64,000 bases of DNA, from assembly GCF_036588685.1 (NCBI RefSeq), contig NC_086373.1, positions 54,808,001 through 54,872,000 on the forward strand, given 5' to 3'. This DNA comes from Mytilus trossulus. Taxonomy: Eukaryota. The notes under the pieces are model-generated. The model did no database searches. It saw only the letters and a list, made by a program, of their open reading frames with translations, and was not told the origin of the DNA. The stretch's first letter is position 1. Every line of letters begins with the position of its first letter. Both the position numbers and the translations under genes were made by a program. Shown one piece after another: positions 39,576 to 53,341 of this stretch.

Positions 39576-41338
39576 AATTCGTTCATTAAATGATTAGTTA
39601 TTGCAACTACACTAGACATGCTACAATTCTCTTTCTTTTCTTTCTTTCTTCCTTATTTTTATATTAACTGAAAACTGCCGGTATACTGAATCCCTTGTAG
39701 AAAATCTTTCTCTACAGATGTCAGTATACTGGTAATCTCTTACGGTTATAGCAGTAAAATTGTTAAAGGGGCAAAACTGAAAGAAGAAAAAAAATAAGGA
39801 AAGGACATGAAACAGGCATTCAACTACAGTTTCATGAGTTCTCTTCTTCGTGTCGCGAAAGAATAATCAGCTTTATTAAAAATAAAGTGCGTTTTAAGTG
39901 CAATATGTTGAGAGTATCAGGCACATTTAAAGTCCAAAGTCTGAAATAACCACAAGGTCTACCAACGACCTCTAATCAACGACCGTGGAATACATATGCT
40001 AAAATAATCATTAGATAATGGCGATTTAATAGATCATTTGCTGAAACCTAAAAGATTGCGTGAGCTTATTCTTTTAACTGAACCAGCGCAAATTTTGACA
40101 CATTCCTGAAGAAATATGTTTTTATTCTATTTTTAGAACTTTAACTATCTAAAATAAGTTTCTGTAATCTTTTATCTTTAGTTGTCAATATATTAATACA
40201 TATTCGAATCGGAACGCAGCAAGCCTATAGAGAAATCAGAGATAAAGGGTCATAATTATTACAAAAATACATATCTAATATCTATACCAAGTTGCGTTAA
40301 ATATGATAAAGAAATATCTGAAATGCATTTAAGACAAAAATAACAAACTAATGAATTTTCAAACAGGCAATTATTGATAAAGTTTTCATTGACATTGTGT
40401 CGAACTATTTTGACATCTTAAAACTTTTTTTGGCATTTTGGCGCGAAAAAATAAAGAGGAAAAACCAATTATGATTACAAAAAAATCTTATGAAGGACAT
40501 TTCCTAAGCGTGTTCTTAATATTGTATATATTCACATTATCACATCATCATATGTGCATGTGTACTTTAAAATTTTTTGAACATCATGTCGTATTATTGA
40601 ACTTGTAAAGCAGATTATAATTTCTTACAGGTGACTGAAGACACTTAGAATGTATACGACTTAGTGATTATTCAGTGTTGATTTTATGTATACTCTTGTG
40701 GAACTCTTTGATATTTATCCGACGTTCATTCTCTTTCATTGATGCTTTCTTACATATATATATATCTATATTTAATACGTTTCCCTCAGTTTTAGTTTGA
40801 AACCCGGATTTGTTTTTTCTCGATCGATTAATGAATTTTGAACAGCGGTATACTACTGTTGCCTTTATATATCCTTTATTCTAACATGACGTCCTTCAAA
40901 CGCTTTGAGTACACACCCGTGGTTAAATTTGAATATATTGCATGGGCTGTTCCGATCGTACTCCCACGTCATATCCTTTTTTTGAATGAGTTTGCGACGT
41001 CATAAAACGATGACGTTAGAATATGAGCATTTTACGGGAAAATACACGCTTGTATTACCGATTATCATCACAACATGGAAACGTGAACAGACGATGCTAA
41101 AATGTGTTATAAGCCATATTTGTTTAAACATTTAAGACATACAAGTAAATTATCATTTAAACTAATTCAAAACTATTTATATACGTTATTTCAAATAGTT
41201 TAAGCATGTCACTAATTCAGTTTTCTCCGTTCTTTTACGCCAATTTAAAAGTGTGTTTATTTCTGGGAATGGCAAATATTTGCCTCCACCTAGAGCGCTT
41301 CGATCCAAAAGAATTGCCGTATTTGACCTATTAGAATT

Positions 41339-41497
41339 GAAATAATTCATGGGGGCTTGAATATATCTAGATTTTACCACGGGTTGTCCCTTTATGCCGA
41401 TATTTTACCCCTCGCTATCGCTCAGGGTAAAATATTTGTCATAAAGGGCCAACCCGTGGTAAAATCACGATATATTCAAGCACCCATGAATTATTTC
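41339..41497. repeat. Long hairpin, Crypton-like element end
   Basis: GAAATAATTCATGGG...CCCATGAATTATTTC arms around CGCTATCGCTC. Confidence 0.65.
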
Positions 41498-43133
41498 TTA
41501 ATTTTCATAAAGTCAATGCATAACATCGATACAAAGTTAATAACTACTAGTATTTATGATTTCTACGAAATATGGGAGAGAGGTTAAAAGTCAACAAGAG
41601 GGCTGATTATAAGCATTAAACGCCATAAAATAAATTAAAAATTGCTTTTTTGTGTTTCTCGTTTGGTGTTCGTAATCGAATGGTTTTACACAAGTCATTT
41701 TGGGGCCCTTTATTGCTTGCTGTTAGGTGTGAACCAAAATGCTGAAGACCGTAAATTGACTTACTTATACTGTTTACTTCTACAAATTTACCACATTTTC
41801 TTAATTATATCTTTTTAGTTGTAAAAGCAACAAGAACATGAAATGGACTTTTAAACCAAAGTTGACGGCGTTAAATTTACTACATTTGGTCGACGCTCTC
41901 TGTACAATGAGCTCTATTTTATACATATTGGTATTTTTCAGGTTATGCCATCGGATATCAGTTTGAACTATGTAGCTATTTAGATGGTACATGTAATCCA
42001 CAGTGTGAATATAAGTTTGTACATTCATGGGGCATATCACTGTGTTCTTCCCCTATCGACAGCTGTTGTGCACCTCCAGCATATGGTATGTTTACTAAAT
42101 AACAAATACGTTATGTTGTTAAAAACATATATTCATACAAATATAGAAGATACATATCTGAAAGAGATTACACTAAACGGTTGACTATGGGAAATATGTT
42201 TTTGAAAAGCTTTGGTGAATGCAACGAAAAAAATGAACCTTTACAATAAATGGTTAAAGTCACAAGAAACGAGTGACTGATGAAAAATAATGGTTATCCA
42301 ATTCTTGAACCAATGCATGTATATATCATAAACTTAGTGTTCTGTGCACGATTCTATAATTTTTTACGCAAATATATCGTATAATCGTCAATTCTTTTTC
42401 TCTCTGTCTGTTAGGATTTAACTAATATGGCAGCTATTAAATGCCGTGTTTTGACTCCGACGTTTACCGATTGTCACCTTAGAGTAAACAATCAACAAAA
42501 AAGCATGGATATTGAGCACGTGTTTCATATGTACAATCAGATAGTAGTTTATTTCAGTAACAGATTCATGCGTATTGCGATCACCGGATTTTTACGAGAA
42601 GGTTCACGTTAAGGTCACTTTGCATACGGAAAATATGTCGGCGAATTGCTTCTTGGAATCAAGCAATTAAAAAGGAGTAAACTTCTTCTAAATGTGGACA
42701 AATTAAAGAATTTTCTTCAGAAAAAAGTATATGTACACAAGTTTAATAATGAAAACTATCCATTCTGTTATAAAAAAAAACATGCATCATTTTTTTTTAA
42801 TTTGAGGTTTCATAGGATTTTTATTGATAATTTGAGGTTTAACTTTCGGGGTCAATGACATGCACACCTCTCGAACGATGGAAAATGGAACAGTTATATA
42901 ATACGAAGAATACGATCCGGTCAAGGACTGCTACTTAAATCAAGGACATTTGTGGATGATAATTTGCCTACCGAAAGAATAACAAACTACTCTGATTATG
43001 GTTAAACAAGTTTGCTTTAACTTAAATTCAAGAAACGTTTTTTTATGATAGTCACATGATCAGTCAAATATCACCTACAATTAAACAAAATATTTTATCC
43101 GCTGTTAACATTTTTTTGATTGATTTTTTGCAG

Positions 43134-43223
43134 TTGAAAGAATGAGAGCAATGCAGACGACAACGACATTAGCGCCAACAACTACTCCTCAAATAGAACT
43201 TCCAAACGCTCTAATCAGCAGAG
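43134..43223 (+). CDS. S1 serine protease, Thr-rich linker exon
   Basis: TTGCAG acceptor, GTAATG donor, 90 nt, phase 1-1, ERMRAMQTTTTLAPTTTPQIELPNALISR. Upstream exons are unresolved (weak candidate ending at 43000). Confidence 0.75.
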
Positions 43224-43383
43224 GTAATGACATTTTGTTTAGCATTGCCCTTTATTTCAGTAAATAAAACATTCATTCACATTTATTGTTCTAAAAGCTT
43301 GTACCAAAAGCTTAAATAATCATAGAATTTGTTCCTAAAATCTTTGTCTTCAATTTTGAAAGTTTTGAATCATTTACTTTTAG

Positions 43384-43564
43384 ACCCTGAATGTGGTGTT
43401 CCAGCAATTCCACATCGATCAAAACGCATCATTGGGGGAACAAATGCACCACGTGGAGCCTGGCCATGGCAGGTGGCGCTCCGGTTTATGACTGGGGTTT
43501 ACATGTGTGGTGGAGCTTTAATCAGTGATAGATGGGTAGTTACTGCTGCTCACTGTTTAAAAGG
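43384..43564 (+). CDS. S1 serine protease, activation site and catalytic His exon
   Basis: DPECGVP...RSKR|IIGG...WPWQV...CGGALI...TAAHC, with AG/GT boundaries. Confidence 0.95.
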
Positions 43565-44099
43565 GTAAGGCACACATTCTCCCCTTCGTAGAATTGTAAT
43601 TGATTTAACTCCAATACTGGTACTATTCTACCTTTTAATTATCAGCAATTTGTCTTTATAAGTAACCTTTATTCGAGACATTCAATTTTTTAAGATGAGT
43701 TTATATTATTTTCTATGTTCTTGCATCTATTGGGCACTTTAATTCCACAAGTCTAACATTATTTTTTTAATGATTAACGTTCATTCTAAGTTGTTTGTTT
43801 AAAGTAATCTATATATGGACATTATATTTTGCATTGGCTTACATTCTAATTTCTGAACGTAACTTTCAGATTTTGCTTCTTCTCATGACACAAAAACTAC
43901 TCTCCTATGAATGAAAATATGCCCATCCGAAACAATGTACATTTTAACGCTACTATTTACTTGTTCTTAATTTATAGGGAAATTACACAAGTGATTTATA
44001 AGCTAGCATTTTTACATTTGTTATTTTCACAAGACCTAATTATTTGGTGCCTGTTTTTTTAACTTATAATTTAACTGTCGGATATTTTTTTACTTATAG

Positions 44100-44199
44100 A
44101 TGGTACAACCAGCCTTCAAGATGGCGTGTTTCAGTAGGTCTCCATTATCTGTATGACGGAGAATCCGGAACTGATATTCCTATCAACAGAATTATACGG
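44100..44199 (+). CDS. S1 serine protease exon
   Basis: WYNQPSRWRVSVGLHYLYDGESGTDIPINRIIR, phase 2 to 0. Confidence 0.92.
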
Positions 44200-44834
44200 G
44201 TATGTTCATTTAAAGTGAATGTCTGCAAAGTAATTGGAAAATGCTTTTTCTGCACTGATAATAATGGTGCTGCTTTAGTACTATCACTGGTTTGTGCTAG
44301 ATACTGAAGACCGCTATTTTTTGTTTGTTTAAGCAAGGCTTTCTTTGATATTTTTTTTAACAAATAGCTTTTTTCAAAGCACTGCATCAACAAATTGTGT
44401 ACGGCGACCCTTCTTATACTTATTTAAACTAAATACTGACCAAACACTGTTTAGAAGATCCTGCTCCACATGTGATACATGTCGTGTTGCTCCTTTACAA
44501 AACTTAGTTTAAAGCCAATGTATCATGCGATTAAGCATCTCGTAGAAGCAATAGGCATCACGTACTAGTAGATTGTTAACTGACTCTAAACCATTTCCAA
44601 ATTCGTAATCTATATTTTTTAACTGTTGTTGTTTCTAATACATTTCTTATGCAGTTAATGACACGTTTTTCTCATACATTTCTCCTTAAAATCAAGCTAT
44701 AATATTTCAATCCAAAAGATCAACTTTTTAAATACTTTCATCTCGAAATAAAGAAAATGAATCTATCTTTGAAATATTCATAATTTTGATGAATTAAAAT
44801 ATTATGATAAAAATAAAATTGTTACCATTTCATT

Positions 44835-45028
44835 AAAAAAAGAGGGACGAAAGATACCAAAGCGACAGTCAAACTCATAAATCTAAAACAAACTGACAAC
44901 GCCATAGCTAAAAATGAAAAAGACAAACAGAAAAACAATAGTACACATGACACAACATAGAAAACTAAAGAATAAACAACACGAACCCCACCAAAAACTA
45001 GGGGTGATCTCAGGTGCTCCTGAAGGGA
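44835..45028 (-). mobile_element. Penelope-like 3' end fragment, family D (other copies near 14093, 22436, 32330, 51580)
   Basis: AAAAGAGGGACGAAAGATACCAAAG...CAAACTGACAACGCCAT. The same tail is attached to RT remnants at 51580-52070. Confidence 0.75.
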
Positions 45029-45190
45029 TTAACTTACATCCATAAAATGCACAGTGCTAAGGATTTTACCATGAAATGTAGATGTACAAAGTTAATCTGA
45101 AATGGAAGATTCTTTGTTTTATTTAGTATAATTAGACTTACTGGAGGCATAACTATGAAAACAAATATTTTAGAACATTTATTTTATTAG

Positions 45191-45617
45191 CATCCAAACT
45201 ACAGAGTTGACCAGAGAGAAAGCGTCGATGAAAATGAGACTGTACCTATTCACAAACAGTACGCCCACGATATTGCATTAATAGAGCTTGCACGCCCTGT
45301 AGATCTATCTACCGATTATATCAAGACGATTTGTCTCCCCTCGAATGGCGATTCCCAGTTTCCCAACAACAACTTGAAGAGAAACGACAATAATGCAAAT
45401 CTGAACCAGGAACCATCAATAGATGAATACATTAACCATCTAAATATACCTGATATTTCTCCAAACTTAGACATGGTCAACCATATCCGATTTAAAAGGG
45501 ATGTCCCTGATTTATTGAAGCAAATTAGGATTAAGAGAGAACAGAGTAACAGCGTGGAATTGTTTGATGTTGAGAATTCTGACCAGTGTTGGGTGACAGG
45601 ATGGGGAGATACGAATG
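45191..45617 (+). CDS. S1 serine protease, catalytic Asp exon with a large internal insertion
   Basis: HPNY...HDIALIEL...ICLP-[82 aa]-CWVTGWG, 427 nt open, phase 0 to 1. Confidence 0.92.
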
Positions 45618-46168
45618 GTAAGTATATTATATACTTAACTTACCATGTACGTTTCTCTTCCTCCTTTCCTCGTTTTTGATTGCTATATATCAATATTGTT
45701 TCTAGTAACTAGCAAAAAGACAGATACCAATAATGGAACAGGAACTGTTGAAATAATATTTTAGTTTTTTTCTTCTTTATCTTGACTGATCTGTGTGTTT
45801 TTTGTTGTTTTTGTTTGTGTTGTTTTAGACTAGTGTTCTATTTCTGTTTTGTACAATGGGTTTGTTAAGCCTGAAAAAAATGTTTTGATTATTAACTAAA
45901 ACATTGAGTCATGAATGGAATTTAAGCAATCAAAATATTCTGATGGAATTAATTGGGTCATGTTTTGGGTTAATTGATTGACATTTATCAATTATCTGCC
46001 AGATAATGCTTAATAGGCATCCAGAGAACCAAGGACTGTTTATCGCTGTCTTGTAAATTCCGTAAAAAAATATCAATCAAGTGACGATATTGGCACATAA
46101 ACTTGCAAACTTTTATTTCATCAGTGACCTTGATCACTGTTGATAATATACATCTATTCTATTTGCAG

Positions 46169-46302
46169 AAGACGATACTGAAGCATCCTTGCGGCAAGTC
46201 CATGGTCACGTGATTAGCAACACAAGATGTAGTGAGTACTGGAAAACTAACATGGATTCTGACATGATCTGCTTTGGTGATGGAACATATGGACCTTGCT
46301 CA
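46169..46302 (+). CDS. S1 serine protease exon
   Basis: EDDTEASLRQVHGHVISNTRCSEYWKTNMDSDMICFGDGTYGPCS, phase 1 to 0. Confidence 0.93.
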
Positions 46303-46627
46303 GTAAGTAAACCAGACGCAAAGGGGTAGGGAAAATAAGGGGTAAAGATATTATAAAAACTGTAACATTCCAGTAAAAAGTGATAAAAGCAAATCCAGTA
46401 TACGGATGACACATACTTCTCGATTAACCTTTATCTGGTATGCCTCAGTTTCAGAATTTTAAAGTCCAATAAAACAAAAACAATAAAACCATCTACGTCT
46501 CAAAAGGGTGATAATAAAATGCAAAAATAGTAAAAGTTCAACACATGAACACAAATTGCATCTTGCAGATACAATTTTGACAAAAACTGTGTTCTCTCTT
46601 CATTTGATACATTCTTTATATTTTCAG

Positions 46628-46789
46628 GGTGACTCTGGAAGTCCGATGTCCTGCAAACGCAATGGTAGATACTACTTAACTGGAATTGTATCTTGGGGAA
46701 CAGAAGGTTGTGATAAGCAAGGATATCCAAGTGTCTTCACACGTGTGACGTCATATGTTGACTGGATAAAGCAGCAAACAGGTGCCTGA
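46628..46789 (+). CDS. S1 serine protease, last exon with catalytic Ser
   Basis: GDSGSPMSC...GIVSWG...C...[15 protein letters not shown], then TGA. Confidence 0.95.
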   Translation, partial: GDSGSPMSCKRNGRYYLTGIVSWGTEGCDKQGYPSVFTRVTSYVDWIKQQTGA

Positions 46790-47599
46790 TAATTTTCTTA
46801 AATGGTCTGTGAATTATTAATTTGGATTTCAAAGTCTCTCAGGGAATGGCGAAACTTAACAAGAATGTGATTGGCACGACAGCTTATAACTGGCGATATT
46901 GTTACTCTTATTTATTGGTATATTTTTGACATCTTTAATTCTAAAACTAAAATATTATAAAGAAGAAAATTGTTTAATTTTGTTTAATAAATTGAAGACA
47001 AAAACGTCCAACATATGTTACTTAATAATTAATTACAAATGTGGAAATTTGAGAGAACTGCTCGATGTACTAGTGTTCGGTTACTGTGACAACACACGGC
47101 AAAAAGCTGTAAGTGGCAAATAAAATAGGTGATTAATATTTTGTAGTTATCATTAAATGATTTATATTGAACACAGAAACGTATGGTTTTATCATATTTC
47201 TAATCATTCCCAACTTTATTGAAATAAAATACCTGTTACTAATTTAATTCCAAATGTGTTCTTTTCTTGACGCATTAGTAGACGGGTGTTGTCGTGTAGT
47301 GTTACAAGATGTTAATTAGTAGACGGATGCTTTACATGTAATGTTACAAGATGTTATGCATGATGATGAGGATATACGACAACATAATTGAAACTAACTT
47401 GATGAAATTATTACCTCTTTTCTAAAGTTTCTTTTCTTTTCGTGTTCATCCATTGGAATGACATATAGACGTTTTCATAAAACCTTGACACGGCATACTC
47501 ACTTGAGAATACATCCTAATGAATTGCACTGATTGTTATCTATATCTTCATGTATGTATGTGTTGTCAGCTGTTTCCAACGAAAAATATTTTTACTACA

Positions 47600-50500
47600 T
47601 AAGCGGGTTTAGAAACCTATTATAGGAGCTTTGGATATTATAGATGTCTTCCTGGTGAGCAATACAACAGATGTGTAAAAAAGGATGAACACTAGTATCA
47701 AGAAATGGCCGTTAAAAAGGTTAAAACAAGATAAATGTTTCGGTAGTGAAGCTGGCTCAGTAACCATTTGCATGCTTTACAGTATTATGCTGTATTCTGA
47801 TTTGCTTATTGTGCTTTGGTGTTTTGTATAGAAAGGCGAAAGATACAAGGGTTATTCAATTGCATAAGCCAAAGACTAACTGACAACTTCATGGCAAAAA
47901 AAAAGAAACAAACGAAAAACATCAAAAAGACACGATTTCATTTAAAAGTGATCCTCCAGAATTTCTATAGTTCTTAGAATATAAAAATAAAGATTTCCGT
48001 GATATTTCACTCTGTTACAGTATCTGGATGAAGTCGCTGGTCTTTCCACGATGATCAAGCAAGCAAATAGTTTTACATAAAATGTTTTTTTTTCTATACT
48101 AAAAGACCTAACAGTTAAACTAATTACTACACAGAATTCAATTCATAAAAAATATCGAACAATTTTGAGTTTGAGATGTAATTTTGAGCCAGTTTTGGGA
48201 CGAGGTGTTTTCAATCCATCTTTTTAAATTGAACTTAAAATGATAGAAACATTTTGTTAAAGATTTTTAATAAAACCCATAAACATAGGTTACGACATCA
48301 TTAGACTTTGATGGAATATAAATTGAGTTTAAAAGCAAAATTCACACGAATGCAATAGAGAAAATAGTGTCGCCTAAACTAATTTTGTATAAATTGAAAC
48401 ATTTTTTGCTAAGAAGAAATGTAATGGATGTCGCCTTAAAACGATGGACATAACTAACTTCCAGAGACGATTCAAAGTCTGACAAAATTAGCAGTTAAAC
48501 GATTCAGAGCTTGGCATTTACCAGTCTGTTATTTGTTAAATTGATAAATAATAAATGTTGACTTCAATATGTCGTTTGTTTTTATGTGTGTTGTCGATCT
48601 GCTGTCCCATAGACGTCCAGCCAACACCTAAATTTATTAAAACAGTTGGGTATCCTATTTTTTGTATAGTTAGTGTTGTTAAGTTATTTGAAACTATGTA
48701 ACTTAATAAATATATGATTGCTAACGAGGCAATTAATTGATGAGCAGAAAACAAATGCGTTAACATGTTGATGAACTTCTACTACAAGGAGCCTCTGAGT
48801 TTGATAGATGTGGTTGTTTGGTTTGGATTTACCGGTAGTGCTTTCGCATGCATTTAGAAGTCCTTTTGACACTAATAATTTCAATGACATATACTTGTCA
48901 TTTAATATTATAAATCATTTGTTTTAAACCTCATGTTGCAAGATTTGAGCACGCGATCAGATCACAGCTCATATGATCACACTACATAGATCAGATGATA
49001 TTATAGAATAATAGAATATGAGATTTATTGGTCACGGAAAAATTCCAATAAATAAGGAGAATATCAATAAACATTTTTTTACTGAAGGAGTTAAGTGTTA
49101 AGATGATGACTACTATTGATACCTTTGTTTTATATTCCTTGTTTGAGATAATACTTTTGGCTGCATGATATTTAAAAAATAGTTATTTTCAAAACAATAC
49201 ATTATTAATTGCATGCTTCCCCCATTCAAACGAAAATGTTTTCAACATAACCATAAACAATAACTTTTAAAAGTAACAGCACTTTGTTTCTCATATTTCA
49301 ACTAACTATGCAATTTTCAAGTTAATATTTGTTAGTATGATGATTTTCATTTTTTTCATACGAATCTCATATTTCAACTAACTATGCAATTTTCAAGTTA
49401 ATATTTGTTAGTATGATGATTTTCATTTTTTTCATACGAATCTCATATTTTATCAATTTACAAGTTATATTATAATTTTTATGATAAACTTTAAAAATAA
49501 AAACTCGGTTCAGTTATTCAAATTTTCTTAAAATCAAGATTTAACTATAAAAATCTATATAATTATCAAGAAACTCAGATTTTTCTCCCTCAGGCAAAGA
49601 AGTTGTCATTTCCAGATTGAGTTACTATATCCGAGTAGGATCATAATTGTTACAGAAACTTTTTGAACCAAAACTGGAAAAGATAAAGTTTACATTTCGT
49701 ACAGGATATGTAAGACACAAGTTGTTCCGCTTTGAACCATTCTAACGGTTAAAGCTGGAAAAATAATATATTTATTAAACAACTAGACAAAGTCACTCAT
49801 AAAATCGAAATTCAAAAGTTCAACACATCAAATGAATTGATAACAACTATCATATGCCTGACTTGATAACAACTATCATATGCCTGACTTGATAGAGGCA
49901 TTTTTTAATGTAGAAAATTGTAGATAAGCCATGCTGATGAGGACATATAATTGAAACTGAATAAGTGAATATGAATACCTCGATAGTAAAATACTAGTAT
50001 TTTTTTTGAATTCATATACATTGTAATGACAACTAGATGTTCTCCTGTAAACTTGACTCTACATATCACTTGTGAATACATCTTGTTAATATGTTTCAAA
50101 TATTTATTGTCTGAAAATTAAATAAACAATATAAGTGTCCATAGGAACCTGGATCGATGCCTTCCTGGTGAGTGATACAAGACGACTGATAAATGGGAAA
50201 GTGTATAAAGCAAATAACCGTAAACAGATCAAAATAACATTCTTATTTCGGTGGCACTGACTGCAGGCATGCTCTACAGTACCATACCGAAGTATAATTG
50301 TTTTTTTTTTTGTGTTTGGTGTAAAATACCTCCATTATTTCTTTAATTTTCAAAATACAATCTGTATGTTCGTGATATATCATCCTGTGTCACAGTATGT
50401 ATATATGAAGCCGCTGATATTTCCACAATATCTAAACAATCAAATAGTTTTAGATATTCTTTATCTATACTAGACGACATACAAGGTAAACCATTTTACT

Positions 50501-51350
50501 ACACGATCTTATAAAAAAAACTAACACAGAATTGAATTCATGAAGAATCAAATTTGACAAGTTTGACATGTAGTTTTGGACCAATTTAGATGTACTCAAT
50601 TTGTTATTATTCAAATTAAACATAAAATGATAAAAACATTTTTACAAATTTTTGATAAAAACAATACATACGTCGATGGCCTATCAATTGAGTTTAAAGC
50701 AAAATACATATTCATGCAAATAAAAAAAGGAGTCGGCTTGGCTTAGTGCAATTGTTTATCAAATAGTTCGTTTCTGTGTGTTTTGTGTTTGTTTTTGTTT
50801 CTTTCCGTGATTCTGTTGTTCCGTTGTTTTCCTTTTATAGTTTTGGTTTGTAACCCGGATTTTTTTTTCGCAATAGATTTATGACTTTTTAACAATGGTA
50901 TACTACTGTTGCCTTTATTATTATATGAATTGAAATTGAAAACATTTGTTTTTTAAGAATTAATTAAAGGACGACGTCTAAAATGTAATTCTACGTTGAG
51001 AAACCTAAAAAATTACCTTACTAAATTACAACCACGATTCAGAGATGGTTCGAAGTCTGCCAAAGTTTGCAGTTAAACGATTAAGAACTAAGCATTTACC
51101 AGTATGTCATTTGTTATATTGATAAATGTCGTTTGTTGAACTCGAGATATCGTTTGGTTTTAATTGTGTTGTCGATTTGCTGTCCCATTGACGTCCATCC
51201 AACATTTACAATAAGGGACTCTGATTTTTGTATAGATGTACAACAGTTAAATCTATTTCTCCATTTAAAACTATGAAACTTAATATAAGAAGATTGTGAA
51301 CAAAAACTTCAACATTTCCACGGCTCTGTCTTAAAAGGAGCCTCTGGGTT
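47600..51350. repeat. Diverged ~1.2-kb local duplication (about 47600-48810 vs 50120-51350)
   Basis: Collinear shared blocks TTCCTGGTGAG, ACAGTAT...ATGAAG, CAGTTAAACGATT, GCTGTCCCAT.GACGTCCA and AGGAGCCTCTG. Confidence 0.75.
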
Positions 51351-51579
51351 TAATATAGGTGATTTTTTTGAACTCCAAAAGTTATATATATACCTGCATT
51401 TTGTTTATCTTATTCAATTGTTCATATTGGCAGCTGCTTATTATAGGCCCGTTATAAAAATGCCTAACATCAATACTATATCATTTAGTTTGGAAATGTA
51501 AAAAAAGTTATTTCCCTTTGAATCTTTCTAGCAATTAACTCTGATTCAAACTAAACATTCTATGAAATTGACATTAACA

Positions 51580-52070
51580 AAGCTAAAGATACCAGAGGGA
51601 CAGTCAAACTTATTAATTAAAAATAAACTGACAATGCCAGGGTTAAAAAAAGACAAACAGACAAATATAGTACACATGACTCAACATAGAAAACTAAAGA
51701 CAAAGCAACATGAACCCCACCTAAAACTTGGATGAATCAGATGCTCTGGAAGGGTAAGCAGATCCTGTTCAACATGTTATTACAAACCCGGTGAATAGTC
51801 TAATTCGGTAGGTCACATTCATAAAAGAGACGGGATTGTAGTTACGACGTAAGGAATATCTCCAATATCATCTGTAAAAACGGCTATTCCATAACAGTCA
51901 ACCAACTCGTAATGGCGTCCGTAAAATTTACAAAGGGAATATATCAACTTCATCATTTGGAACTGTTGGTTTAACAGCTGCCTTGTGAAAAGCAACCCTC
52001 TATCAAGGAAATCATGATAGGAAATACAAGCACGGGAATATCGTACCAATTGGGAGATATATACCCCGCA
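51580..52070 (-). mobile_element. Degenerate Naiad-like PLE 3' fragment (family D)
   Basis: VRYSRACISYHDFLDRGLL...KFYGRHYELVD followed by the family D tail. Confidence 0.8.
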
Positions 52071-52835
52071 AAAAAATGCCTGATGTCTTGATTGACAACT
52101 TATTTGTTACACATTTTACATTTGGTATAGGTGTTTTTTCATTGGTTTGCCGCTCTTCTAGTCTACTAAAGAAAATAATTTAGCAGTATTAAGTATGTGT
52201 TCTCACTACATGATTTAATATTTATTATCTTATCATGTAAAAGACAATGTTCAACGCTTGTATCCCATCGAACTTGAGATATATGATACACAAGATACAT
52301 GTAGTTTAGTATGCCTCATACCTTGAATTACATCAAGTTGACAATGCAAGTGGGTTTAAACAACTTTACGAGAAAAGATATACTTTCAGTTTTCCAATTG
52401 TGAACTTTCTATTTCTTTGTAGAGCCTTCATACGGAAAAGATATCTTCCAGTTGAAACGTTATTCCCGGGTTATGAATTATTTCTTAACATAATTGTTTT
52501 GATAGACTGCTCAAAAGGTAACTATTAAACCGATAGTTCCAAGTGGTGAAGTTAAAATCATTCCGCTGCAAGATTTGTCGAGTTACACTTCTGGAGGACG
52601 GTTCGTACCCGAGGGTATCACCAGCCCAGTAGTAAGCACTTTTATACATGAATTATCAATTATATGGTCATTATTAAAAATTGACTGTTTGCAAACGTAG
52701 GAATTATTCGAAATACTTTCTTATCACAGGCATAGATTAGCTTAGCCATATAAGGCACACACTTTTTTTTAAATTTTGGATCCTAAATGCTCTTCAACTT
52801 TATACCTGTTTGGCTCTCTAATCATTTTTATCTGA

Positions 52836-52879
52836 GCGACACTGATGAGTCTTATTTAGACGGAACGCGCGTCTGAGGT
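52836..52879 (+). ncRNA. Minimal type I hammerhead ribozyme, core mutated (GAAA to GGAA), in a retrozyme-like insert
   Basis: CTGATGA-GTCT-TATTT-AGAC-GGAA-CGCGCG-TC. Confidence 0.7.
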
Positions 52880-52930
52880 ATTTCAATATGTTCTTGACGG
52901 ACGCCATCACGTGTTGCTTGACCATTATGC

Positions 52931-53341
52931 AATAAAATTGAGAATGGAAATGGGGAATATGTCAAAGAGACAACAACCCGACCAAATAAAAAAAAAACAG
53001 CAGAAGGTCACCAACAGGTCTTCAATGTAGCGAGAAATTCCTGCACCCGGAGGCGTCCTTCAGCTGGCCCCTAAACAAATATATACTAGTTCAGTGATAA
53101 TGAACGCCATACTAATTTCCAAATTGTACACAATAAACTAAAATTAAAATAATACAAGACTAACAAAGGCCAGAGGCTCCTGACTTGGGACAGGCGCAAA
53201 AATGCGGCGGGGTTAAACATTTTTGTGAGATCTCAACCCTCCCCCTATACCTCTAACCAATGTAGAAAAGTAAACGCATAACAATATGCACATTAAAATT
53301 CAGTTCAAGAGAAGTCCGAGTCTGATGTCAAAAGATGTAAC
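52931..53341 (-). mobile_element. Family C Naiad 3' end, near-identical to 22877-23291
   Basis: Direct sequence match with only a few differences. Confidence 0.88.
53172..53254 (-). ncRNA. Twister ribozyme, type-P5 (family C, second copy)
   Basis: Same as 23122-23204 except for one substitution in the second palindrome. Confidence 0.78.

Noticed and set aside
38960-39830. Biological tandem duplication and X-containing ORFs around the gap
   Set aside because: It straddles an assembly gap and may be a haplotype or scaffolding artefact. The ORFs are made of Ns or tandem repeats.
42816-43000. Upstream protease exon with an in-frame TGA at 42856 (readthrough or selenocysteine)
   Set aside because: Acceptor and donor are uncertain and I saw no SECIS. 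It cannot be supported without cDNA.
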